Assembly: GCA_900299355.1 (NCBI GenBank)
Contig: OMJR01000036.1
Coordinates: forward strand, 1-41,095
Direction of reading: 5' to 3'
DNA from: Anaerolineaceae bacterium
Lineage (GTDB): Bacteria > Chloroflexota > Anaerolineae > Anaerolineales > UBA11579
DNA: 41,095 nt
Part shown: positions 1 through 8,100 of the stretch, piece by piece
Numbering within the stretch: position 1 is the first letter of the stretch
How the letters are laid out: each line of letters opens with the position of its first letter
Program-made: the position numbers and the translations under genes
Notes under the pieces: model-generated
Seen by the model: the letters and a program-made list of their open reading frames with translations, nothing else
What the model was told of the DNA's origin: nothing
The model's database searches: none

Positions 1-2
1 CC

Positions 3-317
3 ACCTTCAACAACACCATCGTCACCGTCACCGACGACGAGGGCAACACGGTCACCTGGGCCAGTGCTGGCTCGGTGGGCTTTAAGGGCTCGCGCAAGAG
101 CACGCCCTTTGCCTCGCGCCTGGCGACGGAGAATGCGGTGAAGGCTGCCCAGGATCTGGGCATGCAGCAAGCCCAATTGTTCGTCAAAGGCCCTGGTCCC
201 GGCCGCGAATCGGCCATCCGCGCCGTGCAGACGCTGGGCATCAAAGTAACAGCTATCGCCGATGTAACGCCGATCCCCCACAATGGTGGCCGGCCCCCCA
301 AGCGGCGCAGAAATTAA
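3..317 (+). CDS. rpsK: 30S ribosomal protein S11, 5' end outside window
   Basis: Frame is open from nt 3. [11 protein letters not shown]...[12 protein letters not shown]...[13 protein letters not shown] is the conserved S11 core and C-terminus. It is followed by rpsD-rpoA-rplQ. Confidence 0.93.
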   Translation, partial: TFNNTIVTVTDDEGNTVTWASAGSVGFKGSRKSTPFASRLATENAVKAAQDLGMQQAQLFVKGPGPGRESAIRAVQTLGIKVTAIADVTPIPHNGGRPPKRRRN

Positions 318-334
318 GGATCGAAGGAAGTTAT

Positions 335-973
335 ATGGCTAGATACACCGGACCGGTTTGTAAGCTGTGCCGCCGCGAGGGCGAAAAGCTCTTCCTCAAA
401 GGCGAGCGCTGCTTCTCTCCGAAATGCGCAATTGAGCGCCGCAATTATCCCCCCGGCCCGCACGGGCGCGCCTCGCAATGGCGCCGCTCGCGTGAATCTG
501 ATTTTGGCAAGCAGCTGCGCGCAAAGCAGAAAGCCCGCCGCGTATACGGCGTGCTGGAGCGCCAGTTCCGCCGCTACTATCGCGAGGCGATCAAGTCCCG
601 CGGTCTGACTGGCCTGACGATGCTGCAGCTGCTCGAATCGCGCCTGGATAATGTGATCTACCGCATGGGCTTTGCCAGCAGCCGGGCGCAAGCCCGCCAG
701 CTAGTGGCTCACGGCCACTTCGTGGTCAACGGCCGCCGCACGGATGTGCCTTCGATGTTGATCAAGGAAGGCGATGTGATCGAGGTGCGCGAGGGTTCTC
801 GTGGCAACGTCTACTTCAAGGAATTGCCCGATTTCGCCAAAGGCCAGACGCCGCCCGAATGGGTTGAGCGCGATATCAAGAAGCTGTCGGGCGGCATCAA
901 ACGCATGCCCGAACGCCAGGAGATCGACGCCAACCTGAACGAGCAGCTGATCGTGGAATTCTATTCACGCTAA
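335..973 (+). CDS. rpsD: 30S ribosomal protein S4
   Basis: [26 protein letters not shown] zinc-ribbon-like N-terminus and S4 RNA-binding domain; alpha-operon position. Confidence 0.96.
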   Translation: MARYTGPVCKLCRREGEKLFLKGERCFSPKCAIERRNYPPGPHGRASQWRRSRESDFGKQLRAKQKARRVYGVLERQFRRYYREAIKSRGLTGLTMLQLLESRLDNVIYRMGFASSRAQARQLVAHGHFVVNGRRTDVPSMLIKEGDVIEVREGSRGNVYFKELPDFAKGQTPPEWVERDIKKLSGGIKRMPERQEIDANLNEQLIVEFYSR

Positions 974-1003
974 TTACCCACACGACGGGGAAGGACTACG
1001 TAA

Positions 1004-2002
1004 GTGATTGTCTTAAGCAACATGGTAACCCCCAAGATCGAGCGCGAGGCTGAGGCCCGTAATTACGGGAAGTACAGCATCAGTCCGCTTGAGCGTGGGT
1101 ATGGCAACACGCTGGGCAACGCGTTGCGCCGGGTGCTGCTCTCCTCCCTGGAGGGAGCGGCGATCACGGCCATGCGCGTGACCGATATCCAGCATGAATA
1201 CAGCCAGATCCCCGGTATCCGCGAAGACGTGATTCAAATCATGCTGCAACTCAAGCAGCTGCGCATGAAGCTGCACGAAGGTGAAAGCTCCCGCATGCAC
1301 CTGGAGGTGCGTGGCGAGGGTGTGGTCACCGCAGCCGATATCATTGCTCCCGCGGAAATCGAGATTGTCAACCCAGACCTGTACCTGTTTACTTCCGACA
1401 GCAGCAAGACCAAGCTGGAGATGGAGTTCACGGTGGAGCGTGGCCGCGGTTATTCGCCGGCCAACGACCGCAGCGGCAAGCTGCCGATTGGCGAATTGCC
1501 GGTGGACGCGATTTTCACGCCGGTGCGCCGCGTGAACTGGGAAGTGGATTACGCCCGCGTGGGACAGAACACCAACTACGATAACTTGCTGATGGAAGTG
1601 TGGACCGACGGTACCGTTGGCCCCGAAGATGCCATGAGCACCGGCGCCGGCATTTTGATTGAGCACCTGCGCCACATCGCTGGCGTCACTGAAATCACGT
1701 TGAGCCCGCAGCCCGAAGAGGAAGTGGGCGACAACCGCCTCTCCAGCGAAGTCTATGACACGCCGATTGAAAACCTGGATTTGTCGGTACGCGTCTTCAA
1801 CTCCTTGAAGCGCGCCGGCATCACCACGGTCGGTGAGGTGCTGGACTTGCTGCAGAAGGGCGGGGAATCGGTGATGTCCATCCGCAACTTCGGCGAGAAG
1901 AGCATGGATGAGCTCGTCGATAAGATGCGCGAGAAGAACTATATGGACGAGGACGAGGCCGCGGAAGACGCCGGGGCCGCGAAAGATACGGAAGCGGAGT
2001 AA
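1004..2002 (+). CDS. rpoA: DNA-directed RNA polymerase alpha subunit
   Basis: PLERGYGNTLGNALRR motif and a C-terminal domain with LDLSVRVFNSLKRAGI. GTG 1004 is preceded by GGGGAAGGA. ATG 1022 is an alternative start. Confidence 0.94.
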   Translation: MIVLSNMVTPKIEREAEARNYGKYSISPLERGYGNTLGNALRRVLLSSLEGAAITAMRVTDIQHEYSQIPGIREDVIQIMLQLKQLRMKLHEGESSRMHLEVRGEGVVTAADIIAPAEIEIVNPDLYLFTSDSSKTKLEMEFTVERGRGYSPANDRSGKLPIGELPVDAIFTPVRRVNWEVDYARVGQNTNYDNLLMEVWTDGTVGPEDAMSTGAGILIEHLRHIAGVTEITLSPQPEEEVGDNRLSSEVYDTPIENLDLSVRVFNSLKRAGITTVGEVLDLLQKGGESVMSIRNFGEKSMDELVDKMREKNYMDEDEAAEDAGAAKDTEAE

Positions 2003-2008
2003 GAACCG

Positions 2009-2392
2009 ATGCGACACAAAATTTCCGGTAAGCGACTGGGCCGCAATACAGGCGGCCGCCGCGCTTTGCGCCGCAACCTGATTAAGCAACTCTTTGAGTT
2101 TGAGCGGATCCAGACCACGCGCGCCAAGGCTGAAGCCGTTCGCGGCGGCGCCGAGAAGCTGATTACCCTGGCCAAGCGTGGCAATGCTGCCGCGGATGAC
2201 AATGCCGCCAAGATGGTGCATGCCCGCCGCCTAGCCGCGGCCCGCCTGAACGATGCGGGTATCGTGCGCAAACTCTTTGACGATATCGCTCCACGCTACA
2301 GCGAGCGCCCGGGTGGCTACACCCGCATGATTAAACTCGGCCCACGCGAAAGCGACAAGGCCGAAATGGTCTTGCTGGAGTTGGTTGAGTAG
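2009..2392 (+). CDS. rplQ: 50S ribosomal protein L17
   Basis: MRHKISGKRLGRNTGGRRALRRNL...GGYTRMIKLGPR is typical L17; it directly follows rpoA. Confidence 0.95.
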   Translation: MRHKISGKRLGRNTGGRRALRRNLIKQLFEFERIQTTRAKAEAVRGGAEKLITLAKRGNAAADDNAAKMVHARRLAAARLNDAGIVRKLFDDIAPRYSERPGGYTRMIKLGPRESDKAEMVLLELVE

Positions 2393-2406
2393 GCTAGTTA
2401 AATCGT

Positions 2407-2448
2407 GGCCAACCGCAGGTTGGCCGAACAATCAGCTTTGCTGATTGT
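2407..2448 (+). other. Two adjacent perfect hairpins in the rplQ-truA spacer
   Basis: GGCCAACC-gca-GGTTGGCC (2407-2425) and ACAATCAGC-ttt-GCTGATTGT (2428-2448), read directly. No T-run follows either. Confidence 0.6.
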
Positions 2449-2449
2449 C

Positions 2450-3187
2450 ATGGAACGTTACAAAGTAATCCTCGCATACGACGGCACCGCATTCAAAGGA
2501 ATGCAGCGCCAGCGTAGCGCCCGCACCGTGCAAGGCGAGCTGGAAAGCGCGCTGCGCAAGCTGGGCTGGGATGGCAAAAGCATCTGGCATGCCGGGCGCA
2601 CTGACGCCGGTGTGCATGCCAACGGGCAGGTGGTGGCCTTCGATTTCGATTGGGGCCACGACAGCGAAGCGCTCTTGAACGCGCTTAACGCGACACTGCC
2701 TGAGGATGTGGCCGCCCGCTCGGTGAGCATTGCGGCGGCTGAATTCCAGCCCCGCTACGATGCCAAAGCGCGGCGCTACCGCTACCAGCTGTTTTGCCAG
2801 GCCCAGCGCGACCCCTTGCGGGAACGCTACGCCTGGCGAGTTTGGCCGCCGGTGAAGCTGAAAGCGATGCAGCGGGCCAGCAAGAAGCTGGTCGGCACGC
2901 ACGATTTCAAAGCCTTCGGCTCGCCGATGACCAAGGATGGCCCCACGGTGCGCCAGGTGATGGCCGCAGAATGGAGCCAGACTGGCGAAGACAGTTTTGC
3001 CTTTGAGGTGCGCGCCAATGCCTTCCTCTATCACATGGTTCGCCGCATGGTGGGCCTGCAGGTGAGAGTGGGACAGGGGCTGGCCCAAGGCAGCGAGGTT
3101 GACGACGCGTTGAATGGCCGAGTGGATGTGGTGCAGCATTTGGCCCCCGCCGCCGGGTTGAGTTTGGTGGCTGTCGAGTATGAGTGA
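2450..3187 (+). CDS. truA: tRNA pseudouridine(38-40) synthase TruA
   Basis: MERYKVILAYDGTAFKGMQRQ and GRTDAGVHA catalytic motif. The track start GTG 2405 would translate the hairpin spacer, so ATG 2450 is preferred. Confidence 0.9.
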   Translation: MERYKVILAYDGTAFKGMQRQRSARTVQGELESALRKLGWDGKSIWHAGRTDAGVHANGQVVAFDFDWGHDSEALLNALNATLPEDVAARSVSIAAAEFQPRYDAKARRYRYQLFCQAQRDPLRERYAWRVWPPVKLKAMQRASKKLVGTHDFKAFGSPMTKDGPTVRQVMAAEWSQTGEDSFAFEVRANAFLYHMVRRMVGLQVRVGQGLAQGSEVDDALNGRVDVVQHLAPAAGLSLVAVEYE

Positions 3188-3217
3188 TTACGAAAAAAGT
3201 GAAAAGGACTGCGTTAG

Positions 3218-3655
3218 ATGAAGCAGAAAAGCTATTATCCAAAAGCCGGTGAAGTAGAAGCCGGGTGGTGGCATGTGGATGCCAGCGACCAGAATCTGGG
3301 CCGCTTGGCCAGCCGCATTGCCCAGGTGTTGATTGGCAAACACAAACCGGAATACACGCCGGGCGTGGATGTCGGCGATTTCGTGGTGGTGACCCATTGC
3401 GAGAAAATCGCGGTGACCGGCACCAAGATGGAAGACAAAATGTATTACCGCCACACGAATTATCCCGGCGGCCTGAAGAGCAAGAGCCTGCGCCAGATGC
3501 TGGAGAGCAGCCCCGACCGCGTAATCCGCGAGGCCGTATGGGGCATGCTGCCGCACAACAAACTGGGCCGCAAGCTGCTCAAGAAGCTGAAGGTGTACGA
3601 AGGCGCCGAGCACCCGCACGCGCCGCAGAACCCGCAGCCGCTGGATTTGAACTGA
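3218..3655 (+). CDS. rplM: 50S ribosomal protein L13
   Basis: W(W)HVDASDQNLGRLASRIAQVLIGKHKPEYTP is the L13 signature; followed by rpsI. Confidence 0.95.
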   Translation: MKQKSYYPKAGEVEAGWWHVDASDQNLGRLASRIAQVLIGKHKPEYTPGVDVGDFVVVTHCEKIAVTGTKMEDKMYYRHTNYPGGLKSKSLRQMLESSPDRVIREAVWGMLPHNKLGRKLLKKLKVYEGAEHPHAPQNPQPLDLN

Positions 3656-3671
3656 AGGACGAGGAGTATTT

Positions 3672-4064
3672 ATGGCTGACCAATATTACGAAGGCGTAGG
3701 CCGCCGCAAGACCAGCACCGCCCGTGTGCGCGTGGTGGCGGGAGGCGGCGCCTTCCTGGTGAACGACAAACCGCTTGAGGAATACTTCCCCCGGCTGGGC
3801 GACTCGCAGGCCATCATGGGCCCGCTGGAAGCGGCCGGCGCCAAGAACGCGCTGGACGTGAGCGTGCACGTGCGCGGCGGCGGCCCCACCGGCCAGACCG
3901 GCGCGGTCGTGATGGGGCTGGCCCGCGCCCTGGAAAAGTGGAATCCCGATTTGCACGAGGCCATGGCCCAGGCGAACTTCCTGCGCCGCGATTCGCGCAT
4001 GAAGGAACGCAAGAAACCCGGTCTCAAGGGTGCCCGCAAAGCGCCGACCTACACCAAGCGCTAA
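3672..4064 (+). CDS. rpsI: 30S ribosomal protein S9
   Basis: GVGRRKTSTARV...GGGPTGQTGAV...RDSRMKERKKPGLKGARKAPTYTKR; GAGGAG SD upstream. Confidence 0.95.
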   Translation: MADQYYEGVGRRKTSTARVRVVAGGGAFLVNDKPLEEYFPRLGDSQAIMGPLEAAGAKNALDVSVHVRGGGPTGQTGAVVMGLARALEKWNPDLHEAMAQANFLRRDSRMKERKKPGLKGARKAPTYTKR

Positions 4065-4087
4065 GCGCATATACCGCATACAAAAAA

Positions 4088-4116
4088 GCGCAGGCATGCC
4101 CTGCGCTTTTTCTTTT
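4088..4116 (+). terminator. Rho-independent terminator after rplM-rpsI
   Basis: GCGCAGG-catgc-CCTGCGC stem followed by TTTTTCTTTT, starting 24 nt after the rpsI stop. Confidence 0.8.
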
Positions 4117-4126
4117 AGAATTTGAG

Positions 4127-4194
4127 TTCACCACAAAGGGCACAGAGCCCACAAAGTTTTCTCTCTTTGTGCCCTTTGTGTGCTCTGTGGTGAA
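4127..4194 (+). repeat. Inverted array of 9-bp-periodic heptamers (3x CACArAG, then 3x CTyTGTG)
   Basis: CACAAAG 4132, CACAGAG 4141 and CACAAAG 4150, then CTTTGTG 4165, CTTTGTG 4174 and CTCTGTG 4183. The outer 9-bp arms are TTCACCACA/TGTGGTGAA. Confidence 0.7.
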
Positions 4195-4206
4195 GAAGAG
4201 GAAGAT

Positions 4207-5664
4207 ATGCCATCTGGAATAATTATGTTGGGCCTCGGCCCGGGCAACCCCGACCAACTCACCCGTGAAGCCTGGGAGGTATTGGGGGGCGCCGAGGAAA
4301 TCTACCTGCGCACCCGCCAGCACCCCGTGGTGGCTGCCTTGCCTGAGGGTCTAGCTCTACACAGCTTCGACGACCTGTATGAGCAGCATGAGGACTTTGC
4401 CGAGGTCTACCGCCAGATTGTAAAGCGCGTGCTGGAGCTTGGCCGCCGCGATGCTGGCGTCATCTACGCCGTCCCCGGGCATCCCTTCGTGGCCGAAGCC
4501 ACTGGCCCTGAAATTGCGCGCCGCGCCCGCGCGGAAGGCTTGCCCCTGCGCGTGGTCGGCGGCCTGAGCTTCGTGGAACCGGTGCTGGCCGCCGTGGGCG
4601 CTGACCTGCTCCCGCAGTGCACTGTCACTGATGCGCTCGAATTGGCTGCCCTGCACCATCCGCTCTTTCCACCCAGCCAGCCGGCCTTGATTAGCCAGGT
4701 CTATTCGGCCGCGGTGGCCGCAGAACTCAAACTGACGCTGATGGCGGTCTATCCCGATGAGCACCCGGTGACCCTGGTGCACGCCGCCGGGACGGATGAT
4801 GAAGTCGTCGAGACTGTGGCCCTGCACGCGATAGATAAATCAGAGCACATCGGCCTGCTGAGCGCGCTGTGGCTGCCGCCGCTGGGCGAACACACCTCCT
4901 TCGAAGAATTCCAGGAGCTGATTGCCCATCTGCGCGCGCCCGAAGGCTGCCCCTGGGACCGCGAGCAGACCCACCAAACCTTGCGCCGCAATCTGCTGGA
5001 AGAAGCCTACGAAGTGCTGGATGCGCTGGACGCGGACGACGCCAAAGGCATGGAAGAGGAATTTGGCGACCTGCTGGTGCAGGTGGTGCTGCATGCCCAG
5101 ATTGCCACTGAATACGGCGAATTCCGCATGGCGGACGTCATTCGTGGGATTACCGAGAAGCTGATTGCGCGCCACCCGCACGTCTTTGGCGATTTGGATT
5201 TGGACGACGCGGATGCGGTGATTGCCAATTGGGAGCACCTGAAGGCTGATGAGCGCCGCGCCAAGGGTGAGGAGAAGGGCGCCCTGGATGGCGTGGCCGA
5301 TGCGCTGCCGGCGCTGACCCAGGCGGAGGCCTACCAGCAGCGCGCCGCCCGCGTGGGCTTCGAGTGGGAGCAAATTCAGGGGGTGCTGGACAAGGTGAAT
5401 GAAGAAGTGCTGGAGTTGCAGGAAGCTGAGAGCCAGGAACACAAGGTGGCCGAATATGGCGACCTGCTATTTGTGCTGGCCAACCTGGCGCGCTGGATGG
5501 ATATCGACCCTGAGGCCGCCCTGCGCGCCGCTAACCGGCGCTTCCGCCAGCGCTTCGCCTACGTGGAGGCCGGCGCCCGCCAGCAAGGCCGAAGCATGAA
5601 AGATATGACGTTGGCGGAGATGGATGCGCTATGGGATGAGGGCAAGGCTAACGGCGCGGGGTAG
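4207..5664 (+). CDS. mazG: YabN-type fusion: tetrapyrrole/SAM methylase-like domain plus tandem MazG NTP pyrophosphohydrolase domains
   Basis: N-terminal GLGPGNPDQLT methylase-type motif. Two MazG repeats (LLEEAYEVLDAL...EEFGDLLVQVV and VNEEVLELQEA...EYGDLLFVLANL). ATG 4207 is preceded by AGAGGA. Confidence 0.85.
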   Translation: MPSGIIMLGLGPGNPDQLTREAWEVLGGAEEIYLRTRQHPVVAALPEGLALHSFDDLYEQHEDFAEVYRQIVKRVLELGRRDAGVIYAVPGHPFVAEATGPEIARRARAEGLPLRVVGGLSFVEPVLAAVGADLLPQCTVTDALELAALHHPLFPPSQPALISQVYSAAVAAELKLTLMAVYPDEHPVTLVHAAGTDDEVVETVALHAIDKSEHIGLLSALWLPPLGEHTSFEEFQELIAHLRAPEGCPWDREQTHQTLRRNLLEEAYEVLDALDADDAKGMEEEFGDLLVQVVLHAQIATEYGEFRMADVIRGITEKLIARHPHVFGDLDLDDADAVIANWEHLKADERRAKGEEKGALDGVADALPALTQAEAYQQRAARVGFEWEQIQGVLDKVNEEVLELQEAESQEHKVAEYGDLLFVLANLARWMDIDPEAALRAANRRFRQRFAYVEAGARQQGRSMKDMTLAEMDALWDEGKANGAG

Positions 5665-5700
5665 GGTAATGCCTGGCCTGAAGCCGGTAATCATTTCAAT

Positions 5701-5729
5701 GTAGGACCGGGTCTTAGACCCGCCCCTAC
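5701..5729. repeat. GC-rich interrupted palindrome (REP-like element)
   Basis: GTAGG-a-cCGGGTC-tta-GACCCG-cc-CCTAC. Its antisense translation gives the VGAGLRPGPT-type peptide seen in the spurious ORF 5691..5882. Confidence 0.5.
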
Positions 5730-5754
5730 GGGTCGCGAAGTTGAAGGGAGGGCT

Positions 5755-6351
5755 ATGTCTGATTTCAAGCCAGTCTCTGTGAGAAAGCTCACTGGTTCCG
5801 AGACGATTTTTCTGGATGCAGAAATTGATAGTCCCACTGTCTTGGAATTTTGGCGGTGGGCATTTTCCAACTTGCTAAGCAATGCAAATCGAGGTATTTT
5901 TGCGGAATTCCTAATTGCAAGAGCTCTCGATTTAGAAACTGGGGTGCGTGATGAGTGGGCACCCTATGATTTGGAAACAGAAGCAGGATTACGTATTGAG
6001 GTGAAGGCTTCCAGCTATCTCCAATCGTGGGAACAGACCGGTTTTTCTGCAATCAGGTTTTCGATACAGGAAACAAAATCATGGAATACAAAAACCAGAA
6101 CCTATAGCATCGAATCAAGTCGGCAAGCAGATGTCTATGTTTTCGCATTGCTAACTCATATGGACCGCGAAACCGTGAATCCCTTGGACGGTACGCAGTG
6201 GGAATTCTACGTTTTACCGACGGCGACATTGAACAATGCGGTGGGGAATCAGAAATCTATTGGTTTGCGTGCCTTAAGGCGATTGTGCTCGGCGTGCTCA
6301 CTTGTTGAAGCAAAGAAAATGCTTGAGTATATGGCTAGCAGTTTAAGCTAG
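5755..6351 (+). CDS. Orphan PD-(D/E)xK-type nuclease-fold protein (hypothetical), AT-rich islet
   Basis: E51...D72-x9-E82-V-K84 (APYDLETEAGLRIEVKAS) followed by a hydrophobic strand ADVYVFALL. GAAGGGAGGG SD. G+C is 27/60 at 5755-5814 versus 44/60 at 6421-6480. Confidence 0.6.
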   Translation: MSDFKPVSVRKLTGSETIFLDAEIDSPTVLEFWRWAFSNLLSNANRGIFAEFLIARALDLETGVRDEWAPYDLETEAGLRIEVKASSYLQSWEQTGFSAIRFSIQETKSWNTKTRTYSIESSRQADVYVFALLTHMDRETVNPLDGTQWEFYVLPTATLNNAVGNQKSIGLRALRRLCSACSLVEAKKMLEYMASSLS

Positions 6352-7247
6352 TGATAAAGCAATCCACCACGTCCTTCAAAGTAATCTTTCCAATCTGGGG
6401 CCGCCAACCGATTCCACCGCGCGTCCACCTTTTGCAGGCGCGGCAGGGCGCCCAGAGCCGTCGGCAGCTGGGTCAGCTGGTTGCCGCGCACATCCAATTG
6501 CACCAATTGCTCCAGGCGGCCGATGGCATCCGGCAGCGCGGCCAGCCGATTGTTGCGCAGGTCCAGGTAGCGCAGGTCGGCCAGGTCGCCAATCGAGTCG
6601 GGTAGGGCGGCCAGCTGGTTATCGTGTAGGTGTAGCTCGCGCAAGGCCATGAGGCGCCCGATGGCGGCCGGCAGCTCGCTGAGCTGGTTGTGGTAAGCGC
6701 GCAGCTCTTTGAGCGCACTCATCTCTGTCACGGCGATGGGCAGCTGGCTGAACTGGTTGTGGGTCAGGCTCAGATAAATCAGGCTTTCCAGGTTGCCCAG
6801 CGATGAAGGCAGCGCGTTTAGCTGATTGTCGCTCAGATACAGGAACTGCAGCTTGTTGAGCTTGCCCAGGGCGCCTGGAACCTTGCCAAGCTGGTTGTGT
6901 CCCAGGTCCAGGATTTCGAGTTGGGCCAGCTCGCCGATGCTATCGGGTAGCTGCGCCAGCGGTGTTTCGTAGATGTAGAGCTGGCGCAGAGCCGTCAGGC
7001 GGCCAACTGCGGCTGGCAATGCGCGGATGTCATTCTTACCTAGCGAAAGAATTTCCAGGTCGGCAAATTCGAAAACGGCGTCGGGGACGGCGGCCAGCTG
7101 GCAGCCGGTGAGCGATAGCGCCACCACGCGCCCCTCGCGCACGGCGTAGCTGCCCGGTGTGGACAGAACTTCGTGGACGCCGACAGGTTGTAGCGGCTCG
7201 CTGATGACGCCTTCAAGCCTGCCTAATCCCGCCTTTTCACCCCCCAT
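6348..7247 (-). CDS. Leucine-rich repeat protein (about 10-11 repeats of 23 residues)
   Basis: Repeated LxxLxLxxNxLxxLPxxIGxLxx units (for example LRELHLHDNQLAALPDSIGDLAD). No other domain is recognisable. Confidence 0.85.
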   Translation of the reverse strand: MGGEKAGLGRLEGVISEPLQPVGVHEVLSTPGSYAVREGRVVALSLTGCQLAAVPDAVFEFADLEILSLGKNDIRALPAAVGRLTALRQLYIYETPLAQLPDSIGELAQLEILDLGHNQLGKVPGALGKLNKLQFLYLSDNQLNALPSSLGNLESLIYLSLTHNQFSQLPIAVTEMSALKELRAYHNQLSELPAAIGRLMALRELHLHDNQLAALPDSIGDLADLRYLDLRNNRLAALPDAIGRLEQLVQLDVRGNQLTQLPTALGALPRLQKVDARWNRLAAPDWKDYFEGRGGLLYH

Positions 7248-7250
7248 CCC

Positions 7251-8054
7251 TCAGCCTTCATCCTTGCCATACTTCTCACCCGCCTCAATGGCCACATCCA
7301 GCAAGTTCTCGGGCGTGGGCAGCGGGCAGGTGGCGAAATCGGTGAAGGCGCAGGGCGGCGAGTAGGCGCGATTGAAATCCAGGATAACCGTGTCGCCCTG
7401 CGCCACCTCGGATTGCACGAACCGCGCGGCAGGGTAAGTGCCGTGGCCGGCGCTGGCATCTTTGAAGGTGATATCGTAGCTGCCATCGGTCAGCAACTGC
7501 GCATCCAGGCGCTCTTCCTGTCCATTAATTTCGAAGACCAGGGCAGCATCCATGTGGGCCGGGTTTTGGTTGCCGATCATGTCGTCAATCACCACCGCTT
7601 TAAGCGGATCGTAGGGCTCCACGCGGGCGGTCACACGGTAGGCCGGGTCCACCGGATACCAGGTCCGCCCCGTGAAGTGCAGGCGCGTCGGGTGCTGCAG
7701 ATCCCAACCGCGTACGGCCAACTGGCCGCCGCGCTCAATGACAGCCAGGCGGATTTCATCCACAAAAAAGTAATCTGGCTCGCCATCGCCGATTACGCGC
7801 ACCGGCCTTGGGGTTTTGCCCTGCAAATGTAACGTAACCTGGCCATCCTGCAGGTGCAGTGTGCCGGCTTCGCCGGGTGCACGTTCCGGCAGCTGGATCG
7901 CCGAGCCTGGGGCGCTGCCGATGGCGTTCTCGCCTTCCTGCAGCCAAAATAAGCCAAATAGCGCCAGCCAGGAATAAGGCCCGCGCAGATTTTTCTCCAT
8001 TTGCTCGCGCCAAGCTTCGATGCTCTCAATGTAAGCGGAATTTGGGTCGGCCAT
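7251..8054 (-). CDS. DUF1684 domain protein
   Basis: SIEAWREQMEKNLRGPYSWLAL N-terminus and FNRAYSPPCAFTDFATCPLPTPENLLDVAIEAGEK C-terminal signature. GGAAGGAG SD. It lies 3 nt upstream of the LRR gene. Confidence 0.85.
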   Translation of the reverse strand: MADPNSAYIESIEAWREQMEKNLRGPYSWLALFGLFWLQEGENAIGSAPGSAIQLPERAPGEAGTLHLQDGQVTLHLQGKTPRPVRVIGDGEPDYFFVDEIRLAVIERGGQLAVRGWDLQHPTRLHFTGRTWYPVDPAYRVTARVEPYDPLKAVVIDDMIGNQNPAHMDAALVFEINGQEERLDAQLLTDGSYDITFKDASAGHGTYPAARFVQSEVAQGDTVILDFNRAYSPPCAFTDFATCPLPTPENLLDVAIEAGEKYGKDEG

Positions 8055-8082
8055 TGGTGCTCCTTCCGGCTGCCATTATAAT
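8054..8082 (+). promoter_or_regulatory. Candidate sigma-70-type promoter for the MBL gene
   Basis: TTGGTG (8054-8059), 17-nt spacer, TATAAT (8077-8082). The predicted transcription start is only about 6-12 nt before the start codons at 8095/8101. Confidence 0.45.
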
Positions 8083-8100
8083 CTTGGGGTTTGAGTGCCT

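Noticed and set aside
1013-2221. 402-aa ORF on the - strand antisense to rpoA/rplQ
   Set aside because: The sense strand encodes unmistakable RpoA and L17. The antisense product is low-complexity (A/G/R/H/L rich), as expected for open antisense frames in high-G+C DNA.
5665-6351. Mobile element or integrase-borne island around the AT-rich nuclease gene
   Set aside because: No transposase or integrase, no tRNA attachment site, and no flanking direct or inverted repeats could be found. The only nearby repeat is the single REP-like palindrome.
6400-7100. Regular ~69-nt DNA periodicity that could be mistaken for a repeat array or CRISPR
   Set aside because: The period equals the 23-codon leucine-rich repeat of an intact ORF. 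Repeats are only protein-level similar, and there are no unique spacers or a leader.
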